This document shows positions 9,411 to 17,579 of a DNA stretch of 64,000 nucleotides, in pieces. The notes beneath the pieces are model-generated. The model did not search any database. It was given only the letters and a program-made list of their open reading frames with translations, and had not been told where the DNA came from. This stretch comes from Candidatus Parcubacteria bacterium (GTDB taxonomy: Bacteria; Patescibacteriota; Saccharimonadia; UBA4664; JBIOIQ01): NCBI GenBank assembly GCA_963718875.1, contig OY970378.1, positions 196,396-260,395 on the forward strand. The letters run 5' to 3'. Every line of letters starts with the position of its first letter. The stretch's first letter is position 1. The position numbers and the translations under genes were made by a program.

Positions 9411-10793
9411 ATGCAAGACGGAGACAAGCTAGGCGAAAAGTGCGGTGTTTTTGGGGTTTACACTCAAAAACCTGAAGCTGCACGCCTAGTTTACTCTGGT
9501 TTGTGGGCATTGCAGCACCGGGGGCAAGAAACTTCCGGAATTGCTTCGACAGACGGAAAAAAATTTTTCCGTCATGTCAAAGCAGGGTTGGTAGCACATG
9601 CATATGATGAAGAGTCTTTGGACGGATTAGTGGGGAAAATCGCGATTGGGCATAATCGTTATTCTACCTCGGGTGGGACCTTGGCAAGTCATGGCCAGCC
9701 GATAGTTGATCATAATCTTGCACTGGCACACAATGGCAATCTACCAAGTACTACAAAGCTATTGGCTTGGCTTGGGGACGAAGGAATAGCGACCGATGGG
9801 CTCAACGACTCTGCTTTAATGGCCTCAGCTATCTCACATTATATGGATCAAGGGCTTTCTTTGCCTGATGCCGTGTGCCAAGCTTACCCATTATTTACGG
9901 GGGCTTTTTCGGTTGTGGCAATGGATAAAAAACAGTTGGTGGCCTTTCGGGATCATTGTGGAATTCGTCCCTTGTCGTTAGGGCGTTTGGCTGATGGGTT
10001 GGTGGCTTCTTCGGAGACCTGTGCCCTGGATATTATCGGTGCGGCTTTTTGGCGGGAAGTTAACCCGGGCGAGATGGTGGTAATTGATAAAACTGGCTTG
10101 AAATCAACTCAACTAGCCCAGCCCAACCCTAAGCTCGATATTTTTGAATTTGTCTATTTTGCCCGTCCGGATAGCATGTTGCTGGGGCGCAGCGTTAATG
10201 CGGTTCGGCGTGCTATGGGCAAACAGCTCGCGGATGAGTACCCCATAAAGGCAGATGTGGTAATACCGGTGCCAGATTCGGCTATTCCGGCGGCTATTGG
10301 ATTCGCTGGCGCTTCTGGAATTCCTTTTGACATTGCACTAATTAAAAATCGCTACATTCACCGCACTTTTATTCAGCCTGCCCAACGTTTGCGCGATAAA
10401 GGTGTTGAGATGAAGCTTAACCCTTTGCCAGAAGCTTTGATAGGCCGTGACGTGGTGGTAATAGATGACTCGATTGTGCGAGGGACTACCACCAAGAAAA
10501 TTGTGCGCATGCTTTATGGCGCTGGGGCTAAAAAAGTCCACGTTCTAATAAGCTCTCCGCCAGTAAAGTATCCGGATTATTATGGTATCGATACCCCGGA
10601 TCCTAAGGATTTGTTGGCGGCGCGGATGGATCTGGCCGGAATGCAGAAATTTATGGATGCCGATAGCTTGGGTTTTTTAAGTTATGAGGGAATGATTAAG
10701 GCTACTGGACTCCCAGAATCATGTTTTTCGACATCGGCTTTTACGGGGGTTTACCCGATTGATATTGGCGAAAAGGCGGCAGCGTTGAAGTAA
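9411..10793 (+). CDS. purF: amidophosphoribosyltransferase
   Basis: N-terminal nucleophile Cys in ...GEKCGVFGV. PRTase motif VVVIDDSIVRGTT. Confidence 0.9.
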   Translation: MQDGDKLGEKCGVFGVYTQKPEAARLVYSGLWALQHRGQETSGIASTDGKKFFRHVKAGLVAHAYDEESLDGLVGKIAIGHNRYSTSGGTLASHGQPIVDHNLALAHNGNLPSTTKLLAWLGDEGIATDGLNDSALMASAISHYMDQGLSLPDAVCQAYPLFTGAFSVVAMDKKQLVAFRDHCGIRPLSLGRLADGLVASSETCALDIIGAAFWREVNPGEMVVIDKTGLKSTQLAQPNPKLDIFEFVYFARPDSMLLGRSVNAVRRAMGKQLADEYPIKADVVIPVPDSAIPAAIGFAGASGIPFDIALIKNRYIHRTFIQPAQRLRDKGVEMKLNPLPEALIGRDVVVIDDSIVRGTTTKKIVRMLYGAGAKKVHVLISSPPVKYPDYYGIDTPDPKDLLAARMDLAGMQKFMDADSLGFLSYEGMIKATGLPESCFSTSAFTGVYPIDIGEKAAALK

Positions 10794-10800
10794 TAATGGC

Positions 10801-10838
10801 TTCAGAACCGGCGCTATTTTGGGAGCGCCGGTTCTGAA
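10801..10838. terminator. bidirectional hairpin terminator (15-bp perfect stem) between convergent purF and a secreted-protein gene
   Basis: ttcagaaccggcgct-attttggg-agcgccggttctgaa. Confidence 0.7.
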
Positions 10839-10857
10839 CGCGGATGGCCTTGCCCCA

Positions 10858-11268
10858 TCAACTATTGCTATGTCGGTCATCTCTTCGAGGCGTGACGCGT
10901 AAGACTGCAAGCGCGGCCACCATGCCAATTATCAGGAGAGCTGCATAGAAGAGGACTCGATTGTGGCCTTCATGGGCAGGAAGGCTGCATAGTAGGACGG
11001 CTGGTACCTTGCTTCCGTCAGGTTGTTGCACTTGAACGACCGCGTGGGCACTGTATGTGACAGGTGCGAGATGAATCGGCTGGCTCAAGTCGACCAAAGG
11101 GGTCTGGTTTCCCAAGTCTGTTGCTTGCACGCTGACCTGGTTGTCAAATGGGATATAAGTACTGCTCGAGGAGGGCGGACAGAAAATGGATCCGTCTGCA
11201 TTTGCCGGTGGGGCCATCCCCAGAAGAGCCATTGCCGCCAACGCTGTTATTGCCATGAGTCGCTTCAT
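10858..11268 (-). CDS. hypothetical secreted/membrane-anchored protein, GC-rich
   Basis: Signal peptide MKRLMAITALAAMALLGMAPPANA and AAAGGA RBS. C-terminal hydrophobic segment plus basic tail. GC higher than the flanks. Confidence 0.55.
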   Translation of the reverse strand: MKRLMAITALAAMALLGMAPPANADGSIFCPPSSSSTYIPFDNQVSVQATDLGNQTPLVDLSQPIHLAPVTYSAHAVVQVQQPDGSKVPAVLLCSLPAHEGHNRVLFYAALLIIGMVAALAVLRVTPRRDDRHSNS

Positions 11269-11450
11269 GCCGATCCTTTGTTCGAGCCGCTTTACGGCAA
11301 GGGTTCTAGCTGAACAGCAAAATAATTGTGGCAGGACGTAACTCATTTCGCAAGCGTAAGCGATTAAAGGGAGGCTCCCTCTAAATTGTTATGCTAAAAA
11401 CCTAAAGTGCGCTTAGTTTTTATGAGTAAATCCCTGGTATAATACCTCTT

Positions 11451-13637
11451 ATGGCACGCAAAAAAAAATCAAAGAAATCCAGTCGTCGGGTAAGTAGTCG
11501 GCGAAGCAGCAGTCGAAAAGCCCAAGCAGCTTATTTTAGTTGGAAGCCAGAGCTTTCACCTGAGGTAACTCGAGAGATTATTGCCTTTACCCTAACTGCC
11601 TTGGTGATTTTGTTGATTTTGGCTATTTTTGGGGTGGGCGGAACTTTGCCTGGAATGTTGTTTAAAGGTGTAAGTTTAGGCATTGGTTTTTCAGCATTTT
11701 TGCTGCCTGTGACCATGGCGATGCTCGCCGTGATGTTGTTCTTGCCTGATCGTTACGAAGTTAAAGCTAATAATTACCTGGGTATGGCAGGGGTGTTGTT
11801 GGCTCTAGCCGGTATATTTCATTTGTTTGTAAATTCGAACGTGTCATCACAAGCAGCTGCAGAAGGACGATTTGGGGGTTATCTGGGCTACGGGATTGCT
11901 AACTCTATGTTGGGAGTTTTGAATGTCGGAGCGGCGCTAGCAATTTTGTTAATAATTTTACTAATATGCTTGGTCACAGCAGCTAATGTTTCGCTACTAC
12001 AAATGATCAAAGGTTTGTTTGGGATGCTTAGAAAGCGACCGGTGGAAACTGCTTCTGAAATTCAAATTAATGAGCCAATGGTTGCCAGTAATCGCTTGGA
12101 GGTACGCGGAACCCTTAATGCCAACGGTAAGTCTGTAGAGGATGGAGAAGCCAAGGAGGAGGAGGCACTGACTATGGGGGTGGATGAGGAGTGGGTTGGC
12201 CCTAGCTTGGATTTGGTAGAGGAAACAACTAGCAAGCCAGATGCCGGAAATGTGAAGGAAAATGCCGGGATTATTGAGCAGACTATGAATAGTTTTGGGA
12301 TAGATGTGGCCATGGGTGAAGTGAATGTAGGGCCCACTGTAACCCAGTACACATTTAAGCCACCCTCAGGCGTAAAATTAACCAAGATCACCGGGCTCGA
12401 TCATAACTTGGCCTTAAGTTTGGCTGCTCATCCAATCCGTATTGAGGCGCCGATCCCTGGTAAGAGCGCTGTAGGGATTGAAATCCCTAATAAGGCTTCG
12501 ATGACAGTGCGAATGCGGGACATTTTGGAATCCCCCGTGTATGCAGAGCAAAAATCGCCTTTGACGTTTGTGCTCGGACGAGATGTGACGGGGCAGCCGG
12601 CTTTTGCTGATTTAGCCAGGATGCCGCACATGTTGATTGCTGGTGCTACTGGATCCGGTAAAAGTGTCATGATCAACAGTTTCTTGACTAGTTTACTGTT
12701 TCGCAATTCGCCGTCAGATCTCAAAATGATTTTGGTTGACCCTAAACGAGTTGAGCTAGGCTTGTATAATGATATCCCGCACCTCCTAACTCCTATAATT
12801 GTGGAACCGGAGAAATGTATCTCGGCGCTCAAATGGGCGGTGGCAGAAATGGAACGGCGTTACAAGCTTTGTGCCGAGGTGGGTAAGCGCAATATTGCAG
12901 AGTATAATTTGGAGTTTCGCGATGACGCCATGCCATATATCGTGATCGTGATTGATGAGTTGGCTGATCTTATGGCGCTAGCGGCACAAGATGTTGAGGG
13001 AATGATTGTAAGGCTAGCCCAGATGGCTCGGGCGGTTGGTATTCATCTGGTGCTGGCTACTCAGCGACCAAGTGTCGATGTTATTACTGGCCTTATTAAA
13101 GCCAATATTCCAGCGCGGTTAGCATTTACGGTGGCTAGCCAAGTCGATTCACGCACCATTCTTGACCAGGCTGGGGCCGAAAAGTTGCTTGGAAAAGGTG
13201 ATATGTTGTTTTCTAGTCCAGAGTTTATTAAACCTAAGCGTATTCAAGGCGTGTGGGTTGATGAACGTGAAGTTAAAGGGGTTACAGACTACTTGCGCTC
13301 TGCTCGCCAGCCTCAGTATAATGATGAGATTTTGGCGCAGCCGGTAAAATTAGGCCGGAGCGGAGGAGGCGGAGGAGACTTTGGCGAGGCGGACGATGAT
13401 TTGTTTAATGAGGCTGCCGAAACGGTGATTCGTAGCGGTAAGGCCTCGGCTTCATTATTGCAGCGCCGGCTAAGGGTAGGCTACGCTCGGGCAGCCCGTT
13501 TGCTGGATATTTTGGAAGAGCGGGGAATTGTTGGGCCAGCCGATGGTGCGCGGCCTCGTGACGTTATGGTATCGAGCTTAGACGAACTAGGTGGGGGTAG
13601 CGCTGGTGGTTCCGGTTCGGATGAGTTTGTGGACTAG
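11451..13637 (+). CDS. ftsK: DNA translocase FtsK/SpoIIIE
   Basis: N-terminal TM region, Walker A AGATGSGKS, FtsK motor region, C-terminal gamma-like domain. Confidence 0.92.
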   Translation: MARKKKSKKSSRRVSSRRSSSRKAQAAYFSWKPELSPEVTREIIAFTLTALVILLILAIFGVGGTLPGMLFKGVSLGIGFSAFLLPVTMAMLAVMLFLPDRYEVKANNYLGMAGVLLALAGIFHLFVNSNVSSQAAAEGRFGGYLGYGIANSMLGVLNVGAALAILLIILLICLVTAANVSLLQMIKGLFGMLRKRPVETASEIQINEPMVASNRLEVRGTLNANGKSVEDGEAKEEEALTMGVDEEWVGPSLDLVEETTSKPDAGNVKENAGIIEQTMNSFGIDVAMGEVNVGPTVTQYTFKPPSGVKLTKITGLDHNLALSLAAHPIRIEAPIPGKSAVGIEIPNKASMTVRMRDILESPVYAEQKSPLTFVLGRDVTGQPAFADLARMPHMLIAGATGSGKSVMINSFLTSLLFRNSPSDLKMILVDPKRVELGLYNDIPHLLTPIIVEPEKCISALKWAVAEMERRYKLCAEVGKRNIAEYNLEFRDDAMPYIVIVIDELADLMALAAQDVEGMIVRLAQMARAVGIHLVLATQRPSVDVITGLIKANIPARLAFTVASQVDSRTILDQAGAEKLLGKGDMLFSSPEFIKPKRIQGVWVDEREVKGVTDYLRSARQPQYNDEILAQPVKLGRSGGGGGDFGEADDDLFNEAAETVIRSGKASASLLQRRLRVGYARAARLLDILEERGIVGPADGARPRDVMVSSLDELGGGSAGGSGSDEFVD

Positions 13638-13751
13638 AGCTAGGGACTTGGTATCAGTAGATAGTAGATAGGTATGGGAGTGAAACCTCTAACTACTACC
13701 TACTAACCCCTAATCCCTCAATCATTTAATACATGGGTTACAATTGGCTAT

Positions 13752-14180
13752 ATGAGTGATGATGTAGAAAAAAAATCGGTCGAGCCCATAGGCGTAGGTG
13801 CATTACTAAAAAAACGCCGTCAAAGTTTAAAACTTAGTTTGGCCTCGGTAGAACTTGCTACGAAGATTAGGGGTAAGTATTTGGTTCAAATTGAACAAGG
13901 TGATTATGAGCAGCTGCCGAACGATATTTATACCCGAGGTTTTATAACAAAATACGCTGAGTATTTGGGACTTGATGCAGAGGAAGCTACGGCCAAGTAT
14001 GTAGTTGAAAGAGGCGGAGCGGATACGTTTGCAAAAGTTAGCTCACCTAAACCGGTCAAGAGTAGGCGTTTTTTTATAACCTCACGCTTTTTGATTGCAG
14101 CAGCGTTTTTAGTAGTACTGGTTTTGGTGGTCGTATATTTAATCGCGCAGTTTTCGGCTTTGGCGGCTGCCCGAAGCTAA
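13752..14180 (+). CDS. RodZ-like protein, N-terminal HTH + TM part
   Basis: XRE-type HTH (LSLASVELATKIRGKYLVQIEQGDY) followed by one TM helix. The ORF stops right after the TM. Confidence 0.6.
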   Translation: MSDDVEKKSVEPIGVGALLKKRRQSLKLSLASVELATKIRGKYLVQIEQGDYEQLPNDIYTRGFITKYAEYLGLDAEEATAKYVVERGGADTFAKVSSPKPVKSRRFFITSRFLIAAAFLVVLVLVVVYLIAQFSALAAARS

Positions 14181-14206
14181 GTGTAGATGCACCTCCAGGC
14201 GACCTA

Positions 14207-14725
14207 GTGGTGGAAGGAAGCGTCTTGACGGTGGCAGGTAAAGTAGCTGGCGGTGCAGAAGTATCAATCAATGATTCGGCGGTTTTAACCGACGCCAACG
14301 GCAAGTTTTCAAATCAGCTAGCCCTTCAGGACGGGGTTAATATCATAAAGGTGGTAGCCAAAAATAAGTTGGGCAAAACAACCTCTGTTACTCGCAATAT
14401 TTTGGCGCATATGCCACAAGTAGATTCTTCGGTGCCGCTGGTCCCGCTTGCTCCTTTTGATGGAGTGGCTGTTGGTGTGATTGTAAAAGGTAATGCGGTT
14501 AATATTATAGCTATCATTGATAATGCCAAGCCGACCAAAATCACTATGCTACCAGGAACGTCACGTAGTTTTACAGGTAAATCTAAAGTAAAACTAACCA
14601 CTAGTAATGCATCTAGCACGGTGCTAGTGATTACTAATTCTACGATAGCGGCTAAAGATTTGGGTGTTGTCGGCAAAGGTGGTGAGCTTAAATTAGAGTT
14701 TGCCAAAGACACGGCTTTTCCTTAG
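14207..14725 (+). CDS. RodZ-like C-terminal periplasmic domain (DUF4115-like); possibly the frameshifted continuation of 13752-14180
   Basis: Beta-rich domain ...ITMLPGTSRSFTGKSKVKLTTSNASSTVLVI.... Its reading frame stays open upstream back into the TM region of the previous ORF. Confidence 0.5.
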   Translation: MVEGSVLTVAGKVAGGAEVSINDSAVLTDANGKFSNQLALQDGVNIIKVVAKNKLGKTTSVTRNILAHMPQVDSSVPLVPLAPFDGVAVGVIVKGNAVNIIAIIDNAKPTKITMLPGTSRSFTGKSKVKLTTSNASSTVLVITNSTIAAKDLGVVGKGGELKLEFAKDTAFP

Positions 14726-14782
14726 ACTTTTGATCTGATAGGTCGAAATGATAAGATATAGAGTATAAAAGTGGATCCTTCG

Positions 14783-15280
14783 ATGGCAAAAGATTTTTCG
14801 TTCGATGTTGTTAGTGATTATGATGTGGCAGAAGTTGGCAATGCGGTTGATCAAACGCAACGTGAGCTGGGTCAGCGTTATGATTTTAAAGGGACAAACG
14901 CTGATATAGCGTTTGTCGATGGCAAGACGGGCGTTCTTATTAACGGGGACACCAAATATCAGCTCGATTCGATTGTAGATGTGTTGCAAAGCAAGCTGAT
15001 AAAACGCGGCCAATCTTTGAAGATACTGGATCTTTCGAGCGACCCGATCCAGGGTGGCAAGGAAATGCGTTGGACGGTGATGTTCAAGAAAGGTTTGGAT
15101 CAGGATAAGGCCAAGAAAATTACTAAGCTGATTCGCGATGAGTATCCTAAAGCAAAATCGCAGATCCAAGGTGATGCCGTGCGGGTTTCAAGTACAAGTA
15201 AGGATGATTTGCAGGGAGTTATGAATCTGCTGAATAAGCAGGAGTTTGATTTTCCACTGCAGTTTGAGAATTACCGGTGA
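14783..15280 (+). CDS. yajQ: YajQ-family nucleotide-binding protein (UPF0234)
   Basis: MAKDFSFDVVSDYDVAEVGNAVDQTQRELGQRYDFKG matches the YajQ N-terminus. Start uncertain: GTG at 14771 or ATG at 14783. Confidence 0.85.
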   Translation: MAKDFSFDVVSDYDVAEVGNAVDQTQRELGQRYDFKGTNADIAFVDGKTGVLINGDTKYQLDSIVDVLQSKLIKRGQSLKILDLSSDPIQGGKEMRWTVMFKKGLDQDKAKKITKLIRDEYPKAKSQIQGDAVRVSSTSKDDLQGVMNLLNKQEFDFPLQFENYR

Positions 15281-15681
15281 GCGGCGAGAAACAGTTTGAT
15301 CAGGACGTAACAGAGTTCAATAATGGAGCACGTTTAGATAAGGGTAATTCTGTTACCGGCAGCGGGTCGACCTCTGAAATGATGTACGAACTCGAGCTCA
15401 CTCAAGCCGAAATGGAGCAATCTTGGAAGAACTGGGCAATGGAAGACATGCGCCGTGGGGCTGATGAAGTTTTGAAGCGTGCAAAAAATGCAGACGAGGG
15501 ATCACCTCTTTTTTTGCTTCAACCCAAGATTATTCAAGCAGCTGAAGACGTTGAAGTAGTTGGCGTTTTAGTTGGACTAGCCGCAAGAGCTTTTGGCAGC
15601 CAAAGATTATCTGAGCTGGGTGCTTACGCCATGGCTTCAGCTTTTGTCATCCGAAAGTCACTTAAGGGTGGCCGTGGATAA
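15277..15681 (+). CDS. hypothetical protein
   Basis: 134-aa ORF overlapping the yajQ stop by 4 nt. No recognisable family. Confidence 0.45.
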   Translation: MSGEKQFDQDVTEFNNGARLDKGNSVTGSGSTSEMMYELELTQAEMEQSWKNWAMEDMRRGADEVLKRAKNADEGSPLFLLQPKIIQAAEDVEVVGVLVGLAARAFGSQRLSELGAYAMASAFVIRKSLKGGRG

Positions 15682-15976
15682 GCAGGATATATTATTAGAT
15701 GCTTTAACTTCTGCTAAAGGTACTGATGCCGAAAAAGGTGATTTATATAATGCTCTGCTTAAAGCCTGGAGCATTAGGTCGCAAATGGTATTAATTAATC
15801 GATTAAACAAAGACGAGGTAGTGGAGGTAGAGCAAAGACTCGTTATGGAACCAAGTTTTAATTTTATTTCATGGATCCTTGGCATCCATCCAGAATATGA
15901 ATCAGTTGTAATGAATGAGTTAGACGCAGTTATGTCTGACTTCGCAGATGAACTTGGGGTTCCGCATAAGGAGTAA
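15593..15976 (+). CDS. hypothetical protein (start may be the GTG at 15674)
   Basis: ORF overlapping the preceding one in another frame. Acidic helical sequence, no recognisable family. Confidence 0.4.
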   Translation: MAAKDYLSWVLTPWLQLLSSESHLRVAVDKQDILLDALTSAKGTDAEKGDLYNALLKAWSIRSQMVLINRLNKDEVVEVEQRLVMEPSFNFISWILGIHPEYESVVMNELDAVMSDFADELGVPHKE

Positions 15977-16047
15977 TCCGAAACAATGGGGCTGTTGGAT
16001 GCTGCTGATCATGTTTGCACGAAGCGCTTAAGGCAGATCTAAGTACC

Positions 16048-16077
16048 CTAGGGTTTGGGGAGGAGCGGTCAGGCCGC
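16048..16077. terminator. hairpin GGGAGGAGCGG...CCGCTTCCTCCC between convergent genes
   Basis: Imperfect inverted repeat. A near-identical arm sequence recurs at 19190-19221. Confidence 0.45.
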
Positions 16078-16094
16078 TTCCTCCCCTGCAACGC

Positions 16095-16823
16095 TTATTG
16101 ACTAACGTCGTAGCCTACTCGTATCTGTTTATTTTTTAACTTTAGCTTAGTGATAGTTTGCTGTTTTAACTCTCCCAAATTACGAACGTGAGTACCGCCG
16201 CAAGGCACAGCAAAATCGCCGAACTGGACGATGCGCGTTGGCTTGCCAGTCGGGATGTTATCTGGAACGAAGCGACAAAGTTGCTGCAATTCGTCAGGTT
16301 CGACAAAACTGCATGATACGGGTAGATCGTCTGCGATCAATTGGTCACATAGCTGTTGCAGCCGTTCGATTAATTTGTCGACATCGGCAGGATTAAGTTC
16401 GCCCCCATATTCGACGTAAGGGTTGTCGGGAAAGTGGTAGCCTTTGCCTGGCGTCCACTCGATCTCGAGCTGGCTAACTGCCATGTCTACCAAATGTCCG
16501 GCGGAATGAAGGCGGCTATTTAGAGTCCGTCGCTCCGCATTCACCCTACAATGTACGTCTTCGCCCTGCATGAAGGTTCTACCTTCAAAGTGCCCAATGT
16601 GATGAACCAAGCCTTCGACAAAGCGAACTTCTTCGACTATGAATTTAGTATCTTCGTTTTCAATTATACCCGTATCGTAGGGTTGCCCTCCGCCTTGCGC
16701 GTACAGCATGGTTTGGTCAAGGATTACGACAGTGCGGCCGTTAGTTTGCGTTACTTGTTCTACGTGTGAGTTGCACTGCATATCGTGCATGTGCTCCAAA
16801 TACAAGAGTTTGGTTGGTTTCAT
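16095..16823 (-). CDS. alaX: alanyl-tRNA editing protein AlaX-type (tRNA synthetase second additional domain)
   Basis: HxxxH (HSAGHL) and CxxxH (CGGTHV) zinc motifs of the AlaRS editing domain. Confidence 0.85.
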   Translation of the reverse strand: MKPTKLLYLEHMHDMQCNSHVEQVTQTNGRTVVILDQTMLYAQGGGQPYDTGIIENEDTKFIVEEVRFVEGLVHHIGHFEGRTFMQGEDVHCRVNAERRTLNSRLHSAGHLVDMAVSQLEIEWTPGKGYHFPDNPYVEYGGELNPADVDKLIERLQQLCDQLIADDLPVSCSFVEPDELQQLCRFVPDNIPTGKPTRIVQFGDFAVPCGGTHVRNLGELKQQTITKLKLKNKQIRVGYDVSQ

Positions 16824-16987
16824 GATTCTCCTAAAGTTTTAAATAATAGAAAAGACTAACGCGCCAAAGTTTGCTCGTTAGTCGGTAACACTTATTTGAT
16901 TAGAAGAATGCATGATAAGACATGAAAGCCTTTCGTGTGCTTTAACGGTATTTTACATTAAACTGCGAATCCCTTAAACCTCAATCG

Positions 16988-17086
16988 CTGTCATTCCCTA
17001 GCCTACTTCGCCATAGTGGCTACGAAGGCTGAATCGGAAGCCAAACTCTACTGTTGCCTAGTTTGGTGCTCCGGATAGGGAATCTA
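16988..17086 (+). repeat. palindromic element R1 (ctgtcattcccta ... gctccggatagggaatctag)
   Basis: Its termini are reverse-complementary and match the termini of the element at 21169-21236, which lies in inverted orientation. Confidence 0.65.
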
Positions 17087-17132
17087 GCCTAGATTCTCCG
17101 GTCAAGCGGTAGGATGACAAACGGGTAAAATG

Positions 17133-17159
17133 CTCATAAGTGAAACGAGCGGGACCTGG
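17133..17159 (-). terminator. hairpin cgagcgggacc-gcca-ggtcccgctcg downstream of the minus-strand GC-rich ORF
   Basis: 11-bp perfect stem, followed on the minus strand by a T-rich stretch. Confidence 0.5.
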
Positions 17160-17205
17160 CGGTCCCGCTCGCGGTGGTTCTCTGGATCTTGGTGAGGTTG
17201 GTTGG

Positions 17206-17520
17206 TTAGGGGATGGATACCCCCAGCTTAGTGAGACATTCCTGCTCGAGTGCGGCTCGCACAAACGCTTGTCGCATCAACTTCTGGGCGGTCTTAGGGG
17301 TTGCCGTTGCTGCTGGCGAGAACCATCCAATGACGACGGTGATGGGCACGGCGAGGGTTCTGCAGTTGATCTCATCGAAGATCACCTCGATCTCGTTGTT
17401 GCTTGGCTGGGTGAGTACGAGCCCTTTGATTGTTGCTCGTGAGTCTGCGCCGCCAGCTGCACTGACTCTCGCCTGGAGCACGATGTCGGCGACCATCTCG
17501 TCGAAGGTCCAAAGCCTCAT
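17206..17520 (-). CDS. hypothetical protein, GC-rich orphan
   Basis: 104-aa ORF with protein-like composition and high GC versus the flanks. The plus-strand alternative ORFs look like antisense artefacts. Confidence 0.45.
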   Translation of the reverse strand: MRLWTFDEMVADIVLQARVSAAGGADSRATIKGLVLTQPSNNEIEVIFDEINCRTLAVPITVVIGWFSPAATATPKTAQKLMRQAFVRAALEQECLTKLGVSIP

Positions 17521-17579
17521 ATGGAACTACCTCAACTTTCGTGATTTGGAGTTGTTGGGTAAGATGTTGAACTCACCTC

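Noticed and set aside
16830-17140. Searched the 300-bp gap after alaX (and other long spacers at 55690-56150, 21030-21404) for tmRNA, RNase P RNA, SRP RNA or 6S RNA signatures
   Set aside because: No conserved cores (e.g. GGAAAGTCCGG, tmRNA tRNA-like ends, SRP GGAA tetraloop context) were recognised; the spacers are instead occupied by the palindromic elements described.
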